The notes beneath the pieces were generated by a model that had not been told where the DNA came from, ran no database searches, and was given only the letters and a program-made list of their open reading frames with translations. The position numbers and the translations under genes were made by a program. A DNA stretch of 63,040 bases, the filler included, from Candidatus Aminicenantales bacterium (GTDB lineage Bacteria; Acidobacteriota; Aminicenantia; Aminicenantales; Saccharicenantaceae): the NCBI GenBank assembly GCA_049512315.1. It is 3 parts of 3 records of this genome, joined end to end, with 100 filler letters (N's around TTAATTAATTAA, not from the genome) between each part and the next. Parts side by side here need not be neighbours in the genome. Positions count along the whole stretch, not along the records: positions 28,189 to 55,939 come from JBEKXF010000036.1; 2 more parts are not named here. One strand, 5' to 3'. Below, one piece after another: positions 43,958-52,297 of the stretch. The first letter of the stretch is position 1. Each line of letters begins with the position of its first letter.

Positions 43958-46900
43958 CTTGATTCCGCCTGCAAAATCTTTTCTGCACCAACCTGATAGT
44001 GTTCGACTTTGATAATGGGTTTCCAACCGAGGCGAGCCGGGTCTTGCACGATATGAATCTCCGGTGCTGATGCGCAGTTGAACACGACGTAGAGCCAAAA
44101 ATCTTTCTTCAGGCGTTCAGCAGTCTTATACTCATTAGTGGTTAAGGCGACTTCGCCAACATCTGAACGACCTTTTACTTCGATGAATCTGACTTCGATG
44201 GCGGTGCTGGGGTCCTCCGGGTGCGGCCTACGAGAGATGAGGTCGAATCCCCGATTCTCGTTCTCTACGCTTTGAACCTTCCAGCCCCGAGCTTCCTCGT
44301 ATGCGATGACGGCCTGCACTCCGATTCTTTCAATCTCGGGGTCGGTGACCATCTGCGCCACATCGGGCTTCGTCCGTTCGGGATGCGGCAGAACCCAGGC
44401 AGTACCCAGGTGCTGGATATTGCCGATAGCACACTGCCGCTCCATCTGGAGTTCGGCGCGGCGGCGCTCAAGCCGTATATTCAGCTCGTCAAGTCGATCC
44501 TCTGCAATCTTGAGCCGGCCGTCGAGACCCATATCGGTTGAGCCCGATTCTTTCAAGGTGTGAAGTTCAGCGAACTGGCATTGCACCTTGTCGATCAACG
44601 TATACAGGCTGATTTCCATGTGTTCAGAGATGGTCTTGACTTCCCGCTCCCGTTGGTTCCGTACCTCTTCTAGCATTGGAGTCAGAGCTTCACGAATTAG
44701 GACCGATTCGATCTGATTGCGGCCCGGAAGGCCCGATTTGTCGGGTGCCGCAGTGCCTATCGGTCCGGGTATCAAATCGAGGAAAATGGTCGGTTGCCGT
44801 ATAGATATAATGCCATCCATTGTAGTTTGAGATACAAATAGCCGCTTATGCAGGACATTACCCCGGCCATCACGGATTTCAGAAGAGAAAACATCAAGAA
44901 GTGTCGGCTCCTGGCGCTGGAGGTCGAAGAACACAGCGCCTTTTTGCAAATCGCCCTGCGTCTTGTCGCTGACCAAAGCTCGAACGCTCTCGAAAAGAGG
45001 GTGGCCCGGAGTTACCCATTCGAGGGTGGGCTCCGCTTGCAAGAAATCCTTGCTAAAAACGATCTCCTTATACTCCCGACCTAGTTTACCGAAGCGCGAT
45101 TCGAGTTCCTCGCCATAGGGCGAAAGAGTTCGAGGGATACGACCAATGCGGTAGATGTGGGCTCGTGTCTTATCCGATTTCGGAACAACCCCGGCAATTG
45201 GCGCTGCCTGCATAAAGAAATCCTCAATCACTTCAGGCACGAGGCGCCGCTCTTTGGCTTCCTCCGACTTGCCGACAATGGCCGACAGGTTGAGTTCCCG
45301 CTTAGCGAGTCCTTCCAATGTACTTTCCGTAATATGTCGGAGTCGGGCGGTATCGACCTGCTTGACGATGCGGTCTTTCACTACGTCTTCCGTCAGATTC
45401 CTGGCGTAAAGATCTCGGAGCATCTTTTCGAGTTGGTTGGCAGGAAAGACATCGCCTAGGACATTAAAGACCTTGCCGGTATGCATAGGATCGAGGTCAG
45501 CTTCAATCTTTTCGATTCGGTCAAAAAGTTTTTCCATCACGCGTCCTTCGCGTGTATTGGTGGATACGAAGTTCAGAATAAGGCAGTCTTTTTCTTGTCC
45601 ATATCGATGAATGCGGCCCATACGTTGATCTAGGCGGACCGGATTCCAGGGAATGTCGTAATTTATCATGAACCAACAAAATTGAAGGTTGATGCCTTCA
45701 CCAGCGGCTTCCGTGGCGGCTAGGACTTGGCAACTTTCTTTGAATTCACGCTCTGCGTAGATTCGCGTGCCAGGCGAATCCCGATCCCCGATTTTCATGC
45801 CGCCATGGATCTGTGTAATGTTTAATCCCCATTCGCGAAGTTTTCCCAGAGGACGGCCTTCCCTCCCATCACCCGCGAGGTAGTCGAGTGTTTCCTTGTG
45901 TTCCGTGAAGACAATAAGCTTCATCTTTTCATCTTGGAAGACGCCGTATTCCGTAAGTACTTCCTTGAGTTTTAAAAGCTTTCTTCCCACTTCGCCGGCT
46001 TCAAGCTGTCTGGCCTGATCAACGAGCCTTGACAGTTCAATGATCTCCTCACGCAGGGCCTGAGGGTCAACCGAAGCCACGACGCCTTCGAGTTCAGCAA
46101 GGATTTCATCCTTCTTGTCCTCAGGCAGATCTTCGAAGTCTTCGGGCAGCCGCTTATTCATCCGTTCCTGCCGATAGGCTTCAGGGTCTTCGAGGATCTT
46201 TTCCCGTTTTGCCTTCATGCGCTCTAGCGAGCGGCGAACGGCGTGGACGCTGGAGGCAAAACGCCGCTGAAGCATGGCCATCGTGAATCCGAGCGCTCGA
46301 CCTTGCGGCGAGGTATCCGCAGCGGCTTTGATGGACTGGTCTTCTACATAATGGGTTAGAGCGTCGTAGAAGTCGAGTTCCTGGTCGGCAATCTGGAATG
46401 GCACTGTCTTGACATTACGCCGAGTGAAAATACTCTTGGCCTCTCCGGTGTCGGGGTTGGGGAATGTCACCATCGCTTCCTTGACACGTCGCAGATAGAA
46501 CGGGGCGGATCGTTCCTGCATTGCCTTTTCGAGACTTGTAATATCGCCGTAAACGTCCTTGTCGAGGAGTCGGAGAAATAGGCAGAAGTTGTCTGGATCG
46601 CCTTTGTGAGGCGTGGCCGTCATAAGCAATAAATGATCGGTCCTCTCGGATAGAGCTTCACCTAATTGATATGCCAGCGTCTTCTTCTCTTCGCTATAGG
46701 CGCTCATCTTATGCGCCTCATCCACGATGATTAGGTCCCAATGACTCCGCATTAGGCTTTCAAATGCATCATCGATACGAGAAACCCAAGAAACGGATGT
46801 GATGAGTTGATTCCGGTCCTGCCACGGATTGGTGCCGTAGTTTGCCCGGAGAACATCACTCCGGACGATTTCGAAATTCTCGCGGAATTTATCCTTAAGT

Positions 46901-47403
46901 TCGCGTTGCCACTGAAAGCAGAGGTTTGCCGGGGTTACGATTAGAGTGCGCTTGATAAGGCCACGAATCTTAAGTTCTTTAACCAAGAGGCCGGCCATGA
47001 TGGTTTTCCCCGCACCTGGATCGTCAGCTAATAAAAATCGGATTCGCGGCAATTTAAGAAAGTAGTCATAAACTGCTTCTAGTTGGTGAGGGACCGGGTC
47101 AACGCGTGCAATGGAAAGACTAAAATATGGATCATACTCGTAAGCCAACGAAAGTCGCATGGCTTCTATGCCGAGCCTAAATTTCGTAGCATCCCCGTCG
47201 AATGGCTGGTTTTCGGTGAGGATAACCTCAAGCGCTTCAAGTTGCGTCTGGCTCAATATGGGCTGGTGAACTTTGCCAGATGTCATTCCCTCGCATATTA
47301 GTTTTACTGAATCGCCCATAGGAACCATGGCGATGACCTTTACTAGCTCCGGGAACATGGCCCCTTTGAGCAACATGTTCGGCTTTATGCGTAGCTCGTT
47401 CAT
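43954..47403 (-). CDS. SNF2 family helicase with C-terminal DUF3883 PD-(D/E)xK nuclease
   Basis: LADDPGAGKT, DEAH, TATPH, QRMGRIHRYGQ; C-terminal GFDLIS...IEVKGR...LTTNEY. Start MNELRI with GAGG RBS. Confidence 0.93.
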   Translation of the reverse strand: MNELRIKPNMLLKGAMFPELVKVIAMVPMGDSVKLICEGMTSGKVHQPILSQTQLEALEVILTENQPFDGDATKFRLGIEAMRLSLAYEYDPYFSLSIARVDPVPHQLEAVYDYFLKLPRIRFLLADDPGAGKTIMAGLLVKELKIRGLIKRTLIVTPANLCFQWQRELKDKFRENFEIVRSDVLRANYGTNPWQDRNQLITSVSWVSRIDDAFESLMRSHWDLIIVDEAHKMSAYSEEKKTLAYQLGEALSERTDHLLLMTATPHKGDPDNFCLFLRLLDKDVYGDITSLEKAMQERSAPFYLRRVKEAMVTFPNPDTGEAKSIFTRRNVKTVPFQIADQELDFYDALTHYVEDQSIKAAADTSPQGRALGFTMAMLQRRFASSVHAVRRSLERMKAKREKILEDPEAYRQERMNKRLPEDFEDLPEDKKDEILAELEGVVASVDPQALREEIIELSRLVDQARQLEAGEVGRKLLKLKEVLTEYGVFQDEKMKLIVFTEHKETLDYLAGDGREGRPLGKLREWGLNITQIHGGMKIGDRDSPGTRIYAEREFKESCQVLAATEAAGEGINLQFCWFMINYDIPWNPVRLDQRMGRIHRYGQEKDCLILNFVSTNTREGRVMEKLFDRIEKIEADLDPMHTGKVFNVLGDVFPANQLEKMLRDLYARNLTEDVVKDRIVKQVDTARLRHITESTLEGLAKRELNLSAIVGKSEEAKERRLVPEVIEDFFMQAAPIAGVVPKSDKTRAHIYRIGRIPRTLSPYGEELESRFGKLGREYKEIVFSKDFLQAEPTLEWVTPGHPLFESVRALVSDKTQGDLQKGAVFFDLQRQEPTLLDVFSSEIRDGRGNVLHKRLFVSQTTMDGIISIRQPTIFLDLIPGPIGTAAPDKSGLPGRNQIESVLIREALTPMLEEVRNQREREVKTISEHMEISLYTLIDKVQCQFAELHTLKESGSTDMGLDGRLKIAEDRLDELNIRLERRRAELQMERQCAIGNIQHLGTAWVLPHPERTKPDVAQMVTDPEIERIGVQAVIAYEEARGWKVQSVENENRGFDLISRRPHPEDPSTAIEVRFIEVKGRSDVGEVALTTNEYKTAERLKKDFWLYVVFNCASAPEIHIVQDPARLGWKPIIKVEHYQVGAEKILQAESS

Positions 47404-47611
47404 TTCGCCTTGACCTCGATCATCAAAAACAGATGTTTTTCCCGTCGCAAGCCAATACAAACTATAACAAAACCGCACGAATGATCATAGGCAATTCGTT
47501 TGCTACACCGAAGGGGATTTCCGCACCGATCAACGTATCTCCCCTTCCAAGCGCTAAAGACATATATCGCCAGCCATGGGATGATGTCAACAGCCGTCCC
47601 CATATAGGTTA

Positions 47612-47640
47612 TTGACAATTACCCAGATCCCTCTCATAAT
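47612..47640 (+). promoter_or_regulatory. Sigma70 promoter driving the riboswitch transcript
   Basis: TTGACA-N17-CATAAT; predicted start ~47647, at the aptamer 5' end. Confidence 0.75.
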
Positions 47641-47646
47641 AATATA

Positions 47647-47751
47647 GGTATCAAGAGCGGCCACCGTATGAGTGGCCCGGCAACCTGGGACGGACACCCA
47701 AGGTGCCACTCGCGTCGAGCGGGGATGCGGCCGGAGGGCAACAAAGTGTCC
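47647..47751 (+). ncRNA. SAM riboswitch, SAM-I/IV variant type
   Basis: Core ATCAAGAG, simple P2 (GGCCAC/GTGGCC, no kink-turn), CGGCAACC...AGGTGCCA P3, P4, P1 GTATC/GATGC, P5 GCC-GGAG-GGC, and PK-2 GGACAC(47692-97)/GTGTCC(47746-51). Confidence 0.85.
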
Positions 47752-47881
47752 TTTTTTTATTTCCGTCCTCCATCCTCCCGAAGCCCGGTCGCGCAGGCGC
47801 TGTCTTGCGCAGACCGCAGCCGACGGCCCGGGCCAGGCCCTATCTGTCCGTCCCCGGAATCTCGATCAACGGAGGACGTCA

Positions 47882-48121
47882 ATGTGTGACACAAGAGGCC
47901 AGGTGTATCTCGGGAAGGTTCTGGGAAAGGAAAAGGAGGCGCGATGGTCCGACATCCCCTATCTTATCCGCATCCCGGGCCGGCCCGAACTCTCGCTCTT
48001 CCCTGACATGCTGACCTGGTACGTCGGCGACCATTCGGTGGAAAAACCGATCGTCCGGAGCGTCAGCTACTTTCCGTGGCCCCTCAGCCTGCGCCGTAAG
48101 CCTGACTCCGCCACATTCTAA
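47882..48121 (+). CDS. Hypothetical protein under riboswitch control (79 aa; possibly the 5' half of an interrupted gene)
   Basis: GGAGG RBS 6 nt upstream; its TAA is immediately followed by an in-frame ATG. Confidence 0.55.
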   Translation: MCDTRGQVYLGKVLGKEKEARWSDIPYLIRIPGRPELSLFPDMLTWYVGDHSVEKPIVRSVSYFPWPLSLRRKPDSATF

Positions 48122-48502
48122 ATGGATTACCAGTCCATTCACGACCCCAGGTGCTGGATTTCCTTCAAGGCCGCCATGGATCGCTCCAGCTGGCGTGCCG
48201 ATAAGTTCTTTCAAGGCGAAAACGTCGGAACGACCATCGGGAAGCCGGGGAACACGTTCTTTGTGTATCTCGCGTTCCTGCCCATCAACGAGGGGGAAAA
48301 GCACGTCGCGCGCGATTGGCCGGCTGAAGAGATTGAGGCCACGCGCCTTCGGCATGCAATCTGCATTGAATTTAATATGCTATGCTGTTCAAGTATGCTA
48401 GCTCTGGTCAGATCAGGTCTGATCCGCTCTGGTCTGTCAGGCTGTCTGGCCTGGTCTGGGCTCAGGCATAGCCCATCGTCTGGCCAGGGGAACCGGGCTT
48501 AG
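48122..48502 (+). CDS. Hypothetical protein, in frame with the upstream ORF
   Basis: Same frame as 47882; 3' third is low-complexity and may be spurious. Confidence 0.4.
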   Translation: MDYQSIHDPRCWISFKAAMDRSSWRADKFFQGENVGTTIGKPGNTFFVYLAFLPINEGEKHVARDWPAEEIEATRLRHAICIEFNMLCCSSMLALVRSGLIRSGLSGCLAWSGLRHSPSSGQGNRA

Positions 48503-49161
48503 GATAGTGCACTCCTGCATAAGAATATCTAGCAAGGCGAATCTAGGGCGGCGCGGGCAGGCCGTTGCCCAATTAGATATATCGCGATAGTATCGTTTGA
48601 TCTAAATAAATAGATCAGTCCTTTGAGGGGGGTTAAGCCTATGCCTGGTCAGTTAAGGATCAAGCCAGGAGGATTGCTCTGGTGATCTAAGAATCCTGAA
48701 TGGCTTCATCCTTTTGAACCCTTCCAGCCGGAAGCCGAACCCCGGAACACCCGAGGGGGAGGGGGGCAGGGGAAATGAATAGGATTCGACCTCTCCAGAT
48801 GCACAATATGCCTCTATAGGCGGGTTCCAGCCACCACAAATTGTGATTTGAAAACGCGTAAAATCGGGTTGACAACTTCCACTATCTCAAAAATAGAACA
48901 TGAAGAGCACTTAGCCGGAGAGGACCATCCTTGCGATCTATTTTTGCTCTTGTCGACCCGGACTTTTGTAAATTCGGAAATCTGGCCTGTCAAGTGCTGC
49001 TGGCAAGAATGTGAACCCGATAAACTTTGGAGAATTCGCTTCCCGCTCGGAGGCGGAGAGGCCGAATTTTGAGAGACCGCTGGCAGCGTGCGTTGTTTTC
49101 CAAAGGGAGGTCGTATATGCTATTTTTTAGCCAGAGATATTTCGCTTCTAGGGGATTAGCC

Positions 49162-50757
49162 ATGGAAACCTTTGAAATGACGCCAAAGGATATATTGGAT
49201 TCAAAAACGCGGGGTGAAGAATTTTTATTTCGAGTAATTGAAGAGAAATTCGAGGGTACAGTCGAGACTGTCAGGAAAAGGAGGGAGAAGGATATCGACG
49301 CTGAGATTGATGAGATCATTGACTGGCCCATAAGGCTTGAAGCCTATGCATATCTTGGCAATAAACATAAGGAACTCGTCCCGAAGTTGTCCCAAGAATT
49401 GCGGGCGCTGTGGGACACGTGGATTAGTTTGATGGAAGAGAGCGATGTTCCAGACAAAAGGGTATTCTGGCCCATTACGGATGTGGAATCGGTACCTATT
49501 AACCCTTTTGTGTTGCAAGAGTTAAGGGCGAATGGAACCGCCAGCTTTTGGGAAGCCCCGGATGCAGCTATCGAGTGTCACGTGGCAATGTTCCGGGTTA
49601 AGGAAACCTTGGGAATAGGGGGGTACGAGCGCTATTTCAATAATGCCCGGGAAATGATGGGAAATCTCTTAATAAACAAACATCTCTTTGATGATTCGAC
49701 GAATCGAAGGATCCTTTGGCAAATCTCCCGGTCTCCTTCTCTCAGGAACGGGTTGAAGGAGCAGATGAGATTGGTTGCGCCTCAAATCAAGAAGATAATT
49801 GCCGAACAAGCGGAGGAAGTAAGCGATATGATTAGGACCATTAAAGACGAGGGCATCGACGATCCTGATGCCTTGGTTGGAAAGCGTATGTATGATGTTG
49901 ACTTTTGGGCGGAGATCGGCTTTTTCCTTGCGCTTAACGATTTGGGAAAAGAGATGAACGATCTCGTAAAAATGCATGCCGAGAACTTGATAGACCAGAA
50001 GTATCCTAACGCCGGGTTTCATGATCGCGTAGACACAACCTGCTTGGCCCTATCGATGCTTAAGCTAGTCGATGCTGACCCATCGATGAGCGCCTCTATA
50101 TCCGCCCTCGGATGGCTATTGAAACAGCAGAGCGACGAAGGCTTCTGGACAGCCGAGAATTTATCGGATAGGCCATTTGGCCATGTGGACAACATCATCT
50201 TCAAGGATGCCCTGATACCCTATAAAGTCCTCCCTACCGTAATGGTCCTCGAGACTATCGACCTGGTAAGAAACCTGCAGCCACTCCCTATTTGGAGTCC
50301 AAGGGGAGGATCCAGTATCTTTAGAAGAGATAGCCGCCTTCAAGCGATTGTCCCTTTTCCCACGCCAGAGGGTGCAACTTGGGACATGGTTAGGATTCGG
50401 ATTTTATCATCAAAAGAAGCCGCGGAATTGAGGATTGGGGATGTTCAAGAAGGAAGAGATTACGAAGGAATGGGTTTCATGGATAGGAGAAGGACAAAAG
50501 AAAAGCGTCCAGACGTTATTTGGGATTTACTTATTTTTCTAGGCCAGGGCCACAGGCAAATTGATTTTCAAACAGAAGGGCTCCCCTTTCGCCGTGAAAA
50601 CGTCAAGGCCTATATCAAAGACCTGAGAAAGCGCCTAATACATCTGTTTCAGATCAAAGACGATCCCTTTGAGGAGTACCGAAAGGTTAAGGCCTATAAA
50701 CCAAAATTCACGATCGAAATCACCGTTGGAGCGTACGAAGAAGAATCTGACGTATAA
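49162..50757 (+). CDS. Hypothetical protein with alpha-helical toroid (QW-like repeat) and probable C-terminal winged HTH
   Basis: LGWLLKQQSDEGFW; C-terminal IKDLRKRLIHLFQIKDDPF...YKPKF. Start uncertain. Confidence 0.65.
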   Translation: METFEMTPKDILDSKTRGEEFLFRVIEEKFEGTVETVRKRREKDIDAEIDEIIDWPIRLEAYAYLGNKHKELVPKLSQELRALWDTWISLMEESDVPDKRVFWPITDVESVPINPFVLQELRANGTASFWEAPDAAIECHVAMFRVKETLGIGGYERYFNNAREMMGNLLINKHLFDDSTNRRILWQISRSPSLRNGLKEQMRLVAPQIKKIIAEQAEEVSDMIRTIKDEGIDDPDALVGKRMYDVDFWAEIGFFLALNDLGKEMNDLVKMHAENLIDQKYPNAGFHDRVDTTCLALSMLKLVDADPSMSASISALGWLLKQQSDEGFWTAENLSDRPFGHVDNIIFKDALIPYKVLPTVMVLETIDLVRNLQPLPIWSPRGGSSIFRRDSRLQAIVPFPTPEGATWDMVRIRILSSKEAAELRIGDVQEGRDYEGMGFMDRRRTKEKRPDVIWDLLIFLGQGHRQIDFQTEGLPFRRENVKAYIKDLRKRLIHLFQIKDDPFEEYRKVKAYKPKFTIEITVGAYEEESDV

Positions 50758-50930
50758 GAGAAGGTCTTCCAGTCGGTGAAAAATCACTGAGGTCACAAAA
50801 AAGACCCTAAATTATTTCTAATTTATTCATTTTCAGTACATTGGCCTCAGCCGTATATCTAGTTTTCTGCAACAGGTCTCCTTCCCCAGTGAAATATTGC
50901 CATTAAGGGTGAGAACAAAAAAGGAGGCCT

Positions 50931-51431
50931 ATGATGGACGAAGGTTCTGATGTTTTCACCCTGATTGATGAGCCCACCTATGTGGCTGACATAGAAAGCT
51001 TCATAGTAGCCTGGGTTCAGCGGCACTACGGCGGCAAACGGACATTCATTCCACCCGAGATTGCCAAAGACAAGCGGTCCACCGTCAAATGGATCTGGCA
51101 GGTACTTAATGATCTCGACCGACCCTGTGACTCCGGCTTAGTGAATTGCCGGGTCGAACTGATCAGGTACCTCGAGAAGCTGATGCGGACAGAGTTCGCC
51201 AGCACGGCGGATCTGCGGCAGCACGTCGAGCGGTACCTGAGTGGGCATGATGGCAGGCGACTGCCAGTCCCCCAGGCCATCAAGAGGGCCAGGAAGAAGC
51301 TGAAGCTGACCCAGAGCCAGCTGGCAGAACTGCTAGGCTTCAAGGACCACACCCTCATCTCCAAGTATGAGAAGGGGCAGAGGGTGCCTTCCGACAAGGT
51401 CATCAAATGGCTCAAGGAAGGTGGAATGTGA
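50931..51431 (+). CDS. XRE-family HTH protein (C-terminal HTH)
   Basis: IKRARKKLKLTQSQLAELLG...ISKYEKGQRVP; AAGGAGG RBS. Confidence 0.85.
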   Translation: MMDEGSDVFTLIDEPTYVADIESFIVAWVQRHYGGKRTFIPPEIAKDKRSTVKWIWQVLNDLDRPCDSGLVNCRVELIRYLEKLMRTEFASTADLRQHVERYLSGHDGRRLPVPQAIKRARKKLKLTQSQLAELLGFKDHTLISKYEKGQRVPSDKVIKWLKEGGM

Positions 51432-51675
51432 CAGCAAAAGGCCAAGTGAAGGGTAACAGTCGGACCCCCGGTTATTCCGTCACATTCACCAGGGGAAAAC
51501 GGGCTTCTATTTTAGCGTTTTTGGGCATGTCTCTGATGTCTCGAAAGCCTCGAAGCTACCGAAGCGCGGCCAATCCTCTGTCGCCCGCAGCCAGCCCGGC
51601 AAAAAGAGATGCCAGGCTGTTCTTGCCGGAGGGCTCCAGCCGCACCAAGCCGGCTGCTGCCCCGGAGGTGCTCTA

Positions 51676-52188
51676 ATGGGCAGCCATCGTAGGAACCGAC
51701 ACAAGTACGGCAACTTTGTCATGCTGGGCAGGGACATGTTGCTGAGATGCCAGGAATGGAAGCAGCTCGGCCCGGCAGCCAAGCTTGCATATATCTACCT
51801 CAGGGCCAAGCATAACGGCAGCAACAATGGCGAAATCGGGCTTCACTACTCAGAGCTGAAGACCGTGAGGGGGCTCTCCGCCCCCTCAACGGTCTCGAAA
51901 GCCTTTAAGGAATTGGAGAAGGCCGGTTGGATCAGAAGGACCAAGCTTGGAGGGTTGTTCAGGTATTCGAACCTGTACGAGTTGACGGGTAGGTATGACG
52001 ATCACGTTACGGATTCGCGTCCGGTGGGTATGGCAGAATATAAAAAGACTTCAATTCCCGAAGCGTCAAAACACCCCCCGACACTCCAGAATCCGAAGAA
52101 GGGCAAGGCTGGCATAGGAGAGCCGGCCGTTTCCACTGGGGATGTGATTTCGGAAAACGAAGAGTCACACTCCATTTCGCGCAGTTGA
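51676..52188 (+). CDS. Winged-HTH protein, replication-initiator-like
   Basis: WKQLGPAAKLAYIYL...GSNNGEI...STVSKAFKELEKAGWIRRT; GGAGGTG RBS. Confidence 0.75.
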   Translation: MGSHRRNRHKYGNFVMLGRDMLLRCQEWKQLGPAAKLAYIYLRAKHNGSNNGEIGLHYSELKTVRGLSAPSTVSKAFKELEKAGWIRRTKLGGLFRYSNLYELTGRYDDHVTDSRPVGMAEYKKTSIPEASKHPPTLQNPKKGKAGIGEPAVSTGDVISENEESHSISRS

Positions 52189-52297
52189 GGTCGGCCATGA
52201 AGAAGATGCATGTGGTCAACATTGCGGGGCGGACTGCGATGCCTTCTGAGATGGTCGATGGAGGATTGATGGAACAGCCGGCTTGCGGGGGTGTCCC

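Noticed and set aside
38014..47403. Canonical BREX or DISARM call
   Set aside because: No PglZ/BrxC/BrxL or DrmA/B/C is seen; the DUF499-DUF1156-SNF2 set fits the restriction-like family instead.
48400..48620. CTGGTC-rich repeats and short palindromes (TATCGCGATA; TGATCTA/TAGATCA)
   Set aside because: Too short and irregular to support an origin or operator call.
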